Assembly (NCBI GenBank): GCA_902802945.1
Contig: CADCOC010000002.1
Coordinates: 9,853 to 73,852, forward strand
Direction: 5' to 3'
DNA length: 64,000 bases
Source: an uncultured bacterium
Lineage (GTDB): Bacteria > Verrucomicrobiota > Kiritimatiellia > RFP12 > UBA1067
The notes beneath the pieces are model-generated. The model saw only the letters and a list, made by a program, of their open reading frames with translations, did not search any database and was not told where the DNA came from. The position numbers and the translations under genes were made by a program. Shown piece after piece: positions 1 to 9,100 of the stretch (its first letter is position 1; each line of letters begins with the position of its first letter).

Positions 1-483
1 TGACAGTTCTTTGTAGTACGGGCAAATGTTGGCAAAGGAGCCGTCCCTCATGCGGAAGCCGTGCGGAATGGTACCGAGCTGTGTGAAGCCAAGGCGCTCG
101 TAGAGGTGCCGTGCATGGACGTTGCCTTCGACGACGGCGTTGAACTGGAGGACTCCGAACCCGTGTTCCTTCGCCTGTGCAAGGCAGTCGAGAACGAGTT
201 TCTCACCGATGTGCCGCCCACGGCATTTCGAGCTGACGGCATAGCTCGCGTTGCAGATGTGTCCGCAGCGTCCGACATTGTTCGGATGGAGGATGTAGAG
301 CCCCACGACCTTCCCGCCTTCGTCCACTGCGACGCCCGTGTAAGTCTGCGCCGCGAAGAATCCCTTGCCGGTGTCGTGCGTCAACGGTTCCTCCTGCGGG
401 AATGCGTCGCCCGCCTCCACGATCTCGTTCCAGACGGCAATCATGCCGTCGATGTCATCCTCTTCGTATTCTCGGATTGTCAT
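1..483 (-). CDS. GNAT family N-acetyltransferase. The 3' end runs off the window, with no stop before position 1.
   Basis: The reverse-strand ATG is at 481-483, which reads 'cat' on the + strand. Translation is MTIREYEEDDIDGMIAVWNEIVEAGDAFPQ...RHIGEKLVLDCLAQAKEHGFGVLQFNAVVEGNVHARHLYERLGF, a typical acetyl-CoA-binding GNAT fold. The ORF track omits it because it has no in-window stop. Confidence 0.7.
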   Translation of the reverse strand, partial: MTIREYEEDDIDGMIAVWNEIVEAGDAFPQEEPLTHDTGKGFFAAQTYTGVAVDEGGKVVGLYILHPNNVGRCGHICNASYAVSSKCRGRHIGEKLVLDCLAQAKEHGFGVLQFNAVVEGNVHARHLYERLGFTQLGTIPHGFRMRDGSFANICPYYKELS

Positions 484-504
484 AGATTCCTCCAAATCGC
501 TGTT

Positions 505-864
505 TCATTCTTCTTCGTCGCAGGGGATGGGCACGCCGAGCTGGGTGAAGAAATCGGCGCCCCACTTATCCATCGCGTGTACGATCGGGACGGTCGCCTT
601 GCCCATGTTGGTCAAGGCGTATTCGGTCTTGGGCGGAACGACGGGATAGACCTTGCGTGAGATGATACCGTCTGCCTCCATCTCGCGGAGCTGCTGGCTC
701 AGCATCTTGGCGGTCGCCTGCGGCACCCTGCGCTGGATCTCGCTGTAGCGCATCACGCCTTTCTCGTTCAGCCACCAGATGATGATGGCCTTGTACTTCC
801 CGCCGATGACGGCAATCGCCGCCTCCACCGTGCAGTGCAGCTTCTTCGCCTCGCTCTTCGTCAT
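505..864 (-). CDS. HxlR-family (MarR-like winged helix) transcriptional regulator
   Basis: MTKSEAKKLHCTVEAAIAVIGGKYKAIIIWWL...RYSEIQRRVPQATAKMLSQQLREMEADGIISRKVYPVVPPKTEYALT is the HxlR signature. The start is taken at the internal Met (864) of ORF 505..903. It is divergent from the NTF2-like gene. Confidence 0.8.
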   Translation of the reverse strand: MTKSEAKKLHCTVEAAIAVIGGKYKAIIIWWLNEKGVMRYSEIQRRVPQATAKMLSQQLREMEADGIISRKVYPVVPPKTEYALTNMGKATVPIVHAMDKWGADFFTQLGVPIPCDEEE

Positions 865-939
865 TTTGCCGACCTTGGTTTCCTTTTGGTTAGTATGATA
901 CAAAAAAGTACATTCTTGCGCTTGCGGCAGATAGTATAG

Positions 940-945
940 TATAAT
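940..945 (+). promoter_or_regulatory. TATAAT -10 element in the HxlR/NTF2-like divergent intergenic region
   Basis: 'atagtatagtataattcg' contains a perfect TATAAT hexamer at 940-945, followed by an inverted repeat (962-980), an RBS 'ggagaag' and the ATG at 1015. Confidence 0.4.
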
Positions 946-961
946 TCGCGCCGTTCCGCAA

Positions 962-980
962 GGACAGGATTGGCCTGTCC
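962..980. promoter_or_regulatory. Perfect 7-bp inverted repeat GGACAGG-attgg-CCTGTCC, a candidate HxlR operator
   Basis: Read directly: 962-968 GGACAGG and 974-980 CCTGTCC. It lies between the -10 and the RBS of the divergently transcribed target gene. Confidence 0.35.
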
Positions 981-1014
981 AAGCAAGGCAACAAACAAAG
1001 ATGGAGAAGATAAA

Positions 1015-1398
1015 ATGAGAGCGAATATCGCAGACTACAACGCGGTCGTCGAGGCCGCTTCAAAATTCACGCGCAGCGTCGCGGAGGGCAACAGCAAGTA
1101 CGCCAAGGAGCTGTTTACGGCAGACGCCTGTCTCTTCGGCTTCCTCAACGGGAAGTTCGAGCGCGGCAGCATCGAGCAGTTCTACCGCAACGTCGACACC
1201 GTCGGCGCGGGCGAGAACTTCAAGACGCGCATCGACGTTCTTGAGCTGGAGGAGACGCTGGCGGTCGTGCGCGTCCTCGAAGAGGGCTGGGGCGGCAAGA
1301 TCGACTTCACGGACGTCCTTCTGCTCCTGAAGATCGACGGCGAATGGAAGTGCGTCGCCAAGGCGTACAACCAGAACTCGAACACGATTGAGAAGTAA
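1015..1398 (+). CDS. NTF2-like / SnoaL-like (DUF4440-type) small protein
   Basis: ORF 970..1398, with the start chosen at ATG 1015 after RBS 'ggagaag'. MRANIADYNAVVEAASKFTRSVAEGNSKYAKELFTADACLFGF...WKCVAKAY matches the NTF2-fold pattern. Divergent pairing with HxlR regulators is common. Confidence 0.55.
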   Translation: MRANIADYNAVVEAASKFTRSVAEGNSKYAKELFTADACLFGFLNGKFERGSIEQFYRNVDTVGAGENFKTRIDVLELEETLAVVRVLEEGWGGKIDFTDVLLLLKIDGEWKCVAKAYNQNSNTIEK

Positions 1399-1407
1399 TC
1401 ACCACAA

Positions 1408-1441
1408 GCCCGCCACGTCGCACCGTGGCGGGCTTTTATTT
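1408..1441 (+). terminator. Rho-independent terminator
   Basis: GCCCGCCACG-tcgcac-CGTGGCGGGC stem-loop, followed by TTTTATTT. Confidence 0.75.
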
Positions 1442-1581
1442 CGTCAGGCATTCAAATAAGCGCAATCGCTCAAACAGTAAAATATAATTGCCGCCTACTA
1501 CTTCACCCTTACGCGCAGGAAGAATGTCTTTGGCGAACCCTTCTTCTTTTCATTTGCCAGTTTCACGATTTGAGATTGGTG

Positions 1582-2466
1582 TTAGAGCGCGGCGATTTCG
1601 TCGGCGGTGAGGCCGGTGAGTTCTGTAATGTCCGCTACGGCAAAGCCTTTGTCTTTCATCTTGCGGGCGGTCTGCCGCAGCTTTTCAACTGCCGCGTCTG
1701 CTTACGCAACTGCCTCATCGCGATTCTTCTTTTCCTCCGCAAGTTCCTCTCTCGCGTCATTGAGCTCGCCTATGATTGTTGCCTCGCGGCGCACCGCGTC
1801 CCAGTATCCTTCGTATGCCGCAATCTCCGCGTCGCTGTAAGCGGACTCCTCGACTATCTCCAGCGCCTTGGAAACTTCGGGATTGTCCAAAAGTTCCTGC
1901 GGGGCGGTGCGCGTCTTCTCGTCTATCTCGGTGAGAAACTTGAGCCACAATATCGCCATCTTCTTCTCTGCGAAGGACTGGGGCTTGAACTTGGGCAATT
2001 CCACGAACACCAGATGAAGGCCGTCAATCTTCTTCTTTGTGTCGAGATTATGAACCATCGAGTAGTGATGGTAGCAGTTGTCCGTGTCGGGCTCGAATAT
2101 CTTGTTGACGAGATTGAGCGAATAGACCGGTTGGAGAAGTTTGTATTTCTCGCTCCTGTCGATCTGCCGCACATACGCCTTTGCGGCATTGAAGAGGACG
2201 CGCTCCTTGAAGGCCGTAGTCCAATTTAATTGCATTTCCACAATGAACTTGCGCCCACCCGTCTCCTCGCAGCGCACGTCAACAATGCTGTTCTTCTTGT
2301 CGGGATTATCTGGCACCATCTCTGGCGGCAGATATTCTATCGACTCGACCTGCTTGCCAGGGTCAAGGGGCAATAAGGCATTAAGGAGGCTTATGACGAG
2401 ATTTTTATGCTCGCCAAAAACCTTCTTGAAGGTCACATCCGCCTTTGGATCAAGGTATTTTGCCAT
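1582..2466 (-). pseudogene. Rpn-family recombination-promoting nuclease / PD-(D/E)XK 'putative transposase' (TIGR01784-like). It is interrupted by an in-frame TAA at 1702-1704.
   Basis: N-terminal 254 aa (1705..2466): MAKYLDPKADVTFKKVFGEHKNLVISLLNALLP...NCYHHYSMVHNL. Directly after the TAA and in the same frame, the conserved family C-terminal tail continues to the stop at 1582-1584: ADAAVEKLRQTARKMKDKGFAVADITELTGLTADEIAAL. Total length is about 293 aa, the normal family size. Confidence 0.7.
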
Positions 2467-2599
2467 GTCTTTTGCCTCGCTTTCCGTTCAAGGGCACAAT
2501 ACCCCTAACGAAAAATAGGTTCCTTTTAGCAGAAATCGTGGCAAAAATCAATCTGGGCGCGGAAATTTTCGGAATTGAAAATTTTGAGTTCTGAAGTTT

Positions 2600-2629
2600 T
2601 GACGGTGAGGGGTAAATGTAGTATAATGC
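2600..2629 (+). promoter_or_regulatory. Sigma70-like promoter TTGACG-N18-TATAAT
   Basis: -35 TTGACG at 2600-2605 and -10 TATAAT at 2624-2629. A GTG lies at 2636, six nt downstream. Confidence 0.5.
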
Positions 2630-2668
2630 CCCTCCGTGAACCACAGGTGGGGCAGATTTAAGGACTGG

Positions 2669-3040
2669 ATGGCGCTGGTCGTCGCCGGTTGCATGGCGCT
2701 TGCGGCAGTTTGCTGCGGGCGAGTGATTTGTTTTTGTTCCGATGATCCTGATGGATGTGGCGAAGAGTGCCATGTGTGTGAGGAGAACCTGCCAGACGGC
2801 GTGTCCTCGTTCGATCCATGCGATCATCTGTCCTTTGGGTTCGTTGATTTCTGGGACGAAGACGGTGAGGTGACGGTTGACGGGAATGGTATCTTCCCCG
2901 TTGCCCCCGCGTGGGCGTCTGGCATCGCCCGAAACCAGATCCTTCTGCCGCGCCGCCCGCCGTCGCGCGCACATGCGCCGCCGGGCACATCTTCAGACTC
3001 CGTTCTTTTCCGAATGCGCAAGATTCTCCTTTTGTCGTGA
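2669..3040 (+). CDS. Hypothetical Cys-rich small protein (MALVVAGCMALAAVCC...CHVCEE...). It may instead start at GTG 2636.
   Basis: ORF 2636..3040. ATG 2669 is preceded by 'aagga'. The product is Cys-rich with a Pro/Arg-rich C-terminus and has no recognisable family. Confidence 0.3.
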   Translation: MALVVAGCMALAAVCCGRVICFCSDDPDGCGEECHVCEENLPDGVSSFDPCDHLSFGFVDFWDEDGEVTVDGNGIFPVAPAWASGIARNQILLPRRPPSRAHAPPGTSSDSVLFRMRKILLLS

Positions 3041-3102
3041 GGAATGCATCGCGTCCGCTCTGCTTTCAAGGAGCGGTTACGTTTCCATCTTCACCTCAAA
3101 CG

Positions 3103-3116
3103 GGACACGTGTCCCA
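3103..3116. promoter_or_regulatory. Perfect 14-bp palindrome GGGACACGTGTCCC immediately upstream of RBS 'aaggaga' and ATG 3130. It is a candidate operator of the former efflux operon.
   Basis: Read directly. It has a CACGTG core and sits 2 nt before the SD sequence. Confidence 0.45.
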
Positions 3117-3129
3117 AAGGAGAATCATC

Positions 3130-3213
3130 ATGTTTAGAATCTTTATTGCTTCATTACTCGTCGTTGGCCTCGTGACATCCGGATGCACAACCGGGGGGAG
3201 TGGGCGTCCGTGA
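3130..3213 (+). pseudogene. Orphan lipoprotein signal-peptide ORF (MFRIFIASLLVVGLVTSGCTTGGSGRP*). It is probably a remnant of the 5' end of an RND membrane-fusion-protein gene.
   Basis: It has a good RBS, a lipobox LVTSG|C and then a stop after 27 codons. It overlaps the start of the RND fragment in another frame. Confidence 0.5.
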
Positions 3214-4496
3214 CGCGCAAGACGGGGCGCGCAGAGCGCGACCAACATGCGGAGCCGGTTTCGGCGTCGGAGCTGATCGTGCGCGTGGACATGAAGCGAA
3301 ATCCGGACGAGCTGCGCGCGGCGATGAACGCCGTGATCAAGTCCGTGCCGGGCGCGTCGTGCATGATCGGCTATCCGATCGCACACCGCATCAGCGCGGT
3401 CCTCTCCGGCAGCGCGGCGGAACTTTCGCTCAACATTTTCGGCGACAAGCCGGAGGACATCCGCGCCGCCGCCGCGCGCGCGAAGGAGCTGCTCGCGACA
3501 ATGCCGGAGGTCGGCGACTTCCAGGCCAACCGCGAGATCCTCGTCGACACCGTGAAGATCGACTACGACCGCGAGCGCCTCGCGCACGAGGGGTTGACGC
3601 TCGCCGACGCGGGCGAGCAGGTCTCCGCCGCGTTCAACGGACGCGTCCTCGGCACGGTCGCGGAAGGGCAGAACCGCCGCGACGTGACGCTGCGCATGGA
3701 GGAGGGCGAGGCGGACGAAGAGGCCGTGAAGAAACTCCTCATCAAGACGCGGACGGGACGGTTCGTGCGGCTCGACGACATCGCGGACGTCCACCGCGAA
3801 GAGGCGTCCAACCTCGTCATCCACGAGAACGGGCGCCGGCAGGCGCTCATCACGCTCAATCCCGCGCCCGGCGTCTCGGTGGGCGAGCTCGTCAGCTCGC
3901 TGGCGCATCGGCTCGGACCGGAGCTTGCCGCGTTCGGCTGCACGGCGGAGTTCGGCGGCACCTACCAGGCGAACATCAGCGCGCGCCGCACGCTCGTGAC
4001 GTTCTCGGTGGTCCTGCTCTTCGTCGTCTTCTTCGTCCTCCTCGTGGCCACGAAGGCGCCGATGCGCGCGTTCACGGTGATGGCGACGCTGCCGCTCGCG
4101 CTCGTAGGGGCCGTCGGCGCGGTGGCGCTCACGGGGCGGATCGTGTCCATCGCCTCGGCCGTGGGACTCATCACCGTGGCCGGCTTTGTGATCCGGAACG
4201 GGCTGTTGCTCGAGAACCGCTATGTCGAGCTAGAACGTGAAGGGCACGGGCCAATCGAGGCGATCCGTTTCGGCAGCCGCGAGCGGATGGTGCCGATCCT
4301 GATGACCTCGCTCACGACCGTGCTCGGACTCGTTCCGATCGTGGTGGCGCTGGACGTCCCGGGCGGCGAGATCCTTGCGCCGCTCGCGGCGGTGCAGCTC
4401 GGCGGGCTGGTCATCGCGACCGTCGCCGCGCTCGTCGTGGTCCCCGCGCTCTCCGTCCTCATCGCCCCGAAAGCCATGGTACTGGTTCCAAAATGA
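3183..4496 (+). pseudogene. C-terminal ~435-aa fragment of a CzcA/CusA-like (heavy-metal efflux family) RND efflux permease. The N-terminal half is missing.
   Basis: IGYPIAHRISAVLSGSAAELSLNIFGDKPEDIR...VLLFVVFFVLLVATKAPMRAF...LMTSLTTVLGLVPIVVAL matches the second periplasmic and transmembrane repeat of CzcA-type pumps. A full pump is about 1030 aa. The ORF begins mid-domain. Confidence 0.7.
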
Positions 4497-4546
4497 GAAG
4501 ATATTCCTAAGTTTGGAACCCGATAGCTGTATTTCACGGCTATCCG

Positions 4547-4576
4547 TTGCCAAAGTCGGATATATTTGATATACTT
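4547..4576 (+). promoter_or_regulatory. Promoter TTGCCA-N18-(TGa)TATACT upstream of the AAA ATPase gene
   Basis: -35 at 4547-4552, extended -10 TGATATACT at 4568-4576, then RBS AAGGAGG at 4592-4598. Confidence 0.45.
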
Positions 4577-4603
4577 TGGCTCGTAACGACAAAGGAGGTA
4601 CAT

Positions 4604-6019
4604 GTGATTGGAAGGAGAGACGAGTCAAAGGCGTTGAGGACGGCTTACGAGTCGTCCTACTCGGAATTCGTGACGCTTTACGGCCGCCGCCGAATAGGCA
4701 AGACGTTTCTGGTCAACGAAACCTTTGGATACGAATTTGCGTTCCATTGTGCCGGTTTGAAAGGCGAGGGGATGGCGCGGCAGCTTGACAACTTTCGTTT
4801 TGCGCTCCGCCGGTACGGGCATGACAAATGCCCCCGGTTGAAGAGCTGGCTTGAGGCTTTCTATGAATTGGAGATGCTTCTTGAACGGCAGGGTGGTGGG
4901 CGTAAGGTCGTGTTCATCGACGAGATGCCGTGGATGGACACGCACAAGTCCGGTTTTCTTGCCGCGCTTGAGGGGTTTTGGAACGGCTGGGCCACTTCAC
5001 GCAAGGACATCCTGCTCATCGCCTGTGGGTCCGCGACCTCGTGGATCGTGAGAAAAATTAACCGCAACAGGGGTGGACTCCACAACCGCGTCGGGGTTCG
5101 CATCAAGCTGAGTCCCTTTACGCTTGCCGAATGCGAGGAGTATGCGAACGAAAGGCGGCTTGGTTACGACAGGCTAAACATTGCGGAATGTTACATGGCA
5201 CTTGGCGGCGTCGCCTACTACTGGAACCAACTGGAGAAAGGAAAGAGTCCGGAACAGAATTTCAACAGACTCTTCTTCGGCCCCGGCGACGGGCTGAGAC
5301 TTGAGTTTGATGAACTGTATTCTTCTCTCTTCAGAAATCCCGAACCGTACATGCGCATCATTACGGCTCTGGACAAGCGGCGCTCCGGGTTGACCCGCGA
5401 CGAGATCATTTCGGAAATCGGCGCAAGCTGTGGCGGCGGAAAACTGTCCGAGATGCTGGCTGACCTTGAGGAGTGCGGATTCGTGCGGCTGGCGCGTCCG
5501 ATCGGCGGAAAGAATGGCGGCGTGTACCAGCTGGTGGACGACTTCTCGTTGTTCTATCTCCAGTTCGTGAAGCGTTGTCAATCAAGGGATGGCGACTACT
5601 GGACGGACGCAGTCTCGTCTGAGACCAAGAACAACTGGCGAGGGCTGGCCTTCGAGCGCCTTTGTCTGGCGCATGTTCGGCAGATCAAGTTCGCGCTAGG
5701 AATATCCGGCGTCCACACGGACGTGTACTCGTGGCGGACCGAACCTACAGACGAATCGCGAGGTGCGCAGGTCGATCTTCTCATCGACAGGAAGGACGGA
5801 ATCGTCAATCTCTGCGAGATGAAGTACTCCCGGGAGAAATACGCCATCTCAAAGGACGAACATGACAGACTGCAGAACAGGGTTGCGGCGTTCGGCAGAA
5901 TCGCAGGGCGCGGCAAGTCGGTACACCTGACGATGGTGACCACATGCGGGCTTGTGCACAACAAGTACTGGAACGACGTCCAGTCCGAGGTTGTGCTGGA
6001 TGACTTGTTCCGCGCTTGA
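4604..6019 (+). CDS. AAA family ATPase (archaeal-type ATPase_2 + DUF234 architecture)
   Basis: GTG start 5 nt after AAGGAGG. VIGRRDESKALRTAYESSYSEFVTLYGRRRIGKTFLV contains a Walker A motif, and the C-terminal DUF234-like region follows. GC content is noticeably lower than in the neighbouring genes. Confidence 0.75.
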   Translation: MIGRRDESKALRTAYESSYSEFVTLYGRRRIGKTFLVNETFGYEFAFHCAGLKGEGMARQLDNFRFALRRYGHDKCPRLKSWLEAFYELEMLLERQGGGRKVVFIDEMPWMDTHKSGFLAALEGFWNGWATSRKDILLIACGSATSWIVRKINRNRGGLHNRVGVRIKLSPFTLAECEEYANERRLGYDRLNIAECYMALGGVAYYWNQLEKGKSPEQNFNRLFFGPGDGLRLEFDELYSSLFRNPEPYMRIITALDKRRSGLTRDEIISEIGASCGGGKLSEMLADLEECGFVRLARPIGGKNGGVYQLVDDFSLFYLQFVKRCQSRDGDYWTDAVSSETKNNWRGLAFERLCLAHVRQIKFALGISGVHTDVYSWRTEPTDESRGAQVDLLIDRKDGIVNLCEMKYSREKYAISKDEHDRLQNRVAAFGRIAGRGKSVHLTMVTTCGLVHNKYWNDVQSEVVLDDLFRA

Positions 6020-6116
6020 TGGCGTACGGTGGCGGTCTTTTAGTTTTTATTCATCCCGTCGCTCCGAGAGCCACTGCACTGCGCGCCCCTAGCCGATTTC
6101 CCGCCCCGCGTTTTTT

Positions 6117-6125
6117 TGGTATACT
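6117..6125 (+). promoter_or_regulatory. Extended -10 TGGTATACT with the ATG only 6 nt downstream, predicting a leaderless transcript
   Basis: 'tttttttggtatactgttgccATG'. There is no SD between the -10 and ATG 6132. Confidence 0.45.
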
Positions 6126-6131
6126 GTTGCC

Positions 6132-9100
6132 ATGTTCAGCCAGTTTTTCATCAACCGTCCGCGCTTCGCGTTCGTGCTCGCGATTGCGCTCTCGCTCTGC
6201 GGCGTGATCGCCCTCATGCAGCTCCCCGTCGAGGAGTATCCCGAAATCGCACCTGTTACTATCCGCGTAAGCGCCAGCTACCCCGGCGCGAGCGCGCAGG
6301 TGGTGGCGGACACGATCGCGCTCCCCGTGGAGGACCAGATCAACGGCGTGGAGAACGTCCTCTACTACTCCTCCACCTGCAACAACTCAGGTTCCTACTC
6401 CTGCTCCGTGACCTTTGCAAGCGGCGCGGACTCCGACATGGCGCTCGTCAACCTCCAGAACGCTGTCAAGCGCGCCGAGGCGAAACTGCCGTCCATCGTG
6501 AAGCAGCAGGGCATCTCCGTGCAGAAACGCAATTCGGACATGCTCGCGATGTACGCGTTCGCGACGGACGGGAGGAAGTACTCCCTCCAGCAGCTCGGCG
6601 ACTTCGTGGAGCAGAACGTGAAGGAGGCCGTGATGCGCCTCGAGGGCGTGTCCGTGGCGGAGGTGGCTGCCTCCCAGGCATACGCGATGCGCGTGTGGCT
6701 GAACCCCGTGCGCATGAGCGGACTCGGCATCTCGATCTCGGACATCTCGCGCGCCATCGAGGCGCAGAACGTGCAGGCGGCCGCCGGCACGGTCGGAAGC
6801 GAATATTCAAACCGCTACCTCTCCTACAAGCTCAACGTGGACGGTCGCCTGAAGACGGCGGAGGAGTTCGCCGCGATCGTGGTGCGCAACGACCCGGAAT
6901 CCGGCGGACAGGTCTTGCTCGGCGACGTGGCGCGCGTGGAGATCGGCTCGAAGAGCTACGCGGGACGGAGCGCGTTCAACGGACGCGAGTCGATCGGCCT
7001 TTCCGTGTACAAGACCCCCGAGGCGAACTCCCTGGAGGTGGTGGACCGCGTGAAGGCGACGCTCGACGACTGGATGAAGCGTCTCCCCGAGGGCGTGACG
7101 TGCGAGATCGCGAACGACGCGACGGCGTTCACGCGCGTGTTCATGCACGAGATCGTGGCCACGCTTTTCATGGCGCTCGGCCTCGTGGTGCTGATCACGT
7201 GGCTGTTCCTCCAGGACCTCCGCGCCACGCTCGTCCCCGCCGTCGCGATCCCGATCTCGCTCCTCGCGGCGTTCGTGTTCATCTGGGCATTCGGCTTCAC
7301 GATCAACATCCTCACGATGTTCGGCCTCATCCTCGTGATCGGGTCTCTCGTGGACGACGCGATCGTTGTGGTGGAGAACACGCAGACGCTGATGGCCACG
7401 GAAGGACTCTCCGCGAAAGAGGCGGCGTCGAAGTCGATGCGCCAGATCACCGGCGCCGTGATCGCGACGACGCTCGTGACGGTGGCCTGCTACATCCCGC
7501 TCGCGTTCTACGGCGGCATGGTGGGGAAGATGTACATCCAGTTCGCGTTCACGATGTGCGTGGCGCTCTGCCTCTCCACGTTCGTGGCGCTCACGCTCTC
7601 GCCAGTGCTCTGCTCGCTCCTGCTGCGTCCGCCAAAGGCTCGTCCGCCGCGTCTCTTCGCCCCCGTCAACTTCGTGATCGACGGCGCGCGGAAGGGGTAT
7701 CTCGCGGTGGTGCGACTTCTCGTGCGCCACGTGGTGATTTCGGCCCTCCTCTTCGCGGCGGCGGTGGGTGGCTGCTGGTTCCTCAAGGACTGCGTGAAGG
7801 AGACGCTTCTCCCCGACGAGGACAAGGGCATGATCATGATGGACGTGGAGCTGCCGCAGGGCGCCACGCTCGAGCGCACGAACCGCGTGCTGGACGACAT
7901 CCAGAAGCGCATCCAGGGCGTGCCGGGCGTGAAGGGCGTGATGCTGATCTCCGGCAACGGGTCGATGTCCGGCAGTGGTGAACACTGTGGCATGGGCGTA
8001 CTCCTGCTCGACCACTGGGACAAGCGCAAGACGCCCGAGACGCAGGTCGGTTCAATCATCGCAGAGATTCGCAAGCGCACGGCGGACGTCTACGCCGCAA
8101 AGGTGACATGCTTCACGACGCCCGCCATCAGCGGACTCGGACGCCTCGGCGGCGTGGGGTTCAACCTCTGCTCCGACGCCGGGTCGGACGCCACCGCGCT
8201 CGCCGCCGCCGCGCAGGCGTTCGTGCGCCGCATCCAGGAACTCCCCGAGGCCGGGCGCGTGACGTGCGGTTTCCGCGCGGACACGCCCCAGCTGCGTCTC
8301 ACGCTCGACCGACAGAAGGCCAAGTCGCTCGGCGTGGACCCGTCCACCGTGTTCTCGACTCTCCAGAACAAGCTTGCGAGCGTGTACGTGAACGACTTCA
8401 ACAAGGACGGCCGCGCCTACGAGGTGCTCGTACAGTCGCAGGCGGACTTCCGCGCGACGCCGGAGGACATCGCCGACCTCCACGTGCCGGGCGCGAACGG
8501 CGCGATGGTGCCGCTTTCGGCGATCGGCACGGTCGCCTACGAGATCGGTTCGCGCGAGGTCACGCGCTTCAACAAGATGCCGTCCGCGAGCATCAACGCG
8601 CAGGTCGCGCCTGGCGTCGCGCCGCTTGAGCTGATCTCCGCGATCGAGCGCGCGGGCGCGCCGGAGGGCTATCACGTCGAGTGGAGCGAGATGTCGCTCC
8701 AGGAGAAGGAGAACCAGGGACGTCTCGGACTCCTGATGGGACTCGCCGCGCTGTTCGCGTACCTCTTCCTCGTCGCGCAGTACGAGAGCTGGACGATCCC
8801 GCTGCCCGTGATGTGTAGCGTCGTCTTCGCGCTCGCCGGCGCGTATCTTGGGCTGTGGATCACCGGCACGCCGATGAGCATCTACGCGCAGCTTGGCCTC
8901 GTGATGCTGATCGGGCTTTCCGCGAAGAACGCGATCCTCATGGTGGAGTTCTCGAAGCAGCAGCGCGAGGAGGCGGGGTTGTCCGTCGCCGATGCGGCGC
9001 TGAAGGGGGCGGACCTCCGCTTCCGCGCCGTGCAGATGACGGCGTGGAGCTTCCTCTGCGGCGTGCTGCCGCTCGTGCTCGCGACGGGTGCGGGCGCGGG

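Noticed and set aside
48-278. 76-aa ORF (minus strand), and 61..660 (+) and 365..649 (+), at the left edge
   Set aside because: They overlap the well-supported GNAT acetyltransferase frame (483 to 1, minus strand) and the HxlR gene, and are low-complexity alternative frames.
3200-4240. 346-aa Arg/Gly-rich ORF overlapping the RND fragment
   Set aside because: It is an alternative frame of the CzcA-like fragment and has no protein-like composition.
6116-7981. 621-aa Arg-rich + strand ORF, together with 6807..8015(-) and 8052..9242(-), overlapping the RND pump gene
   Set aside because: They are alternative-frame artefacts. Frame 6132..9233 is the unmistakable AcrB-family sequence.
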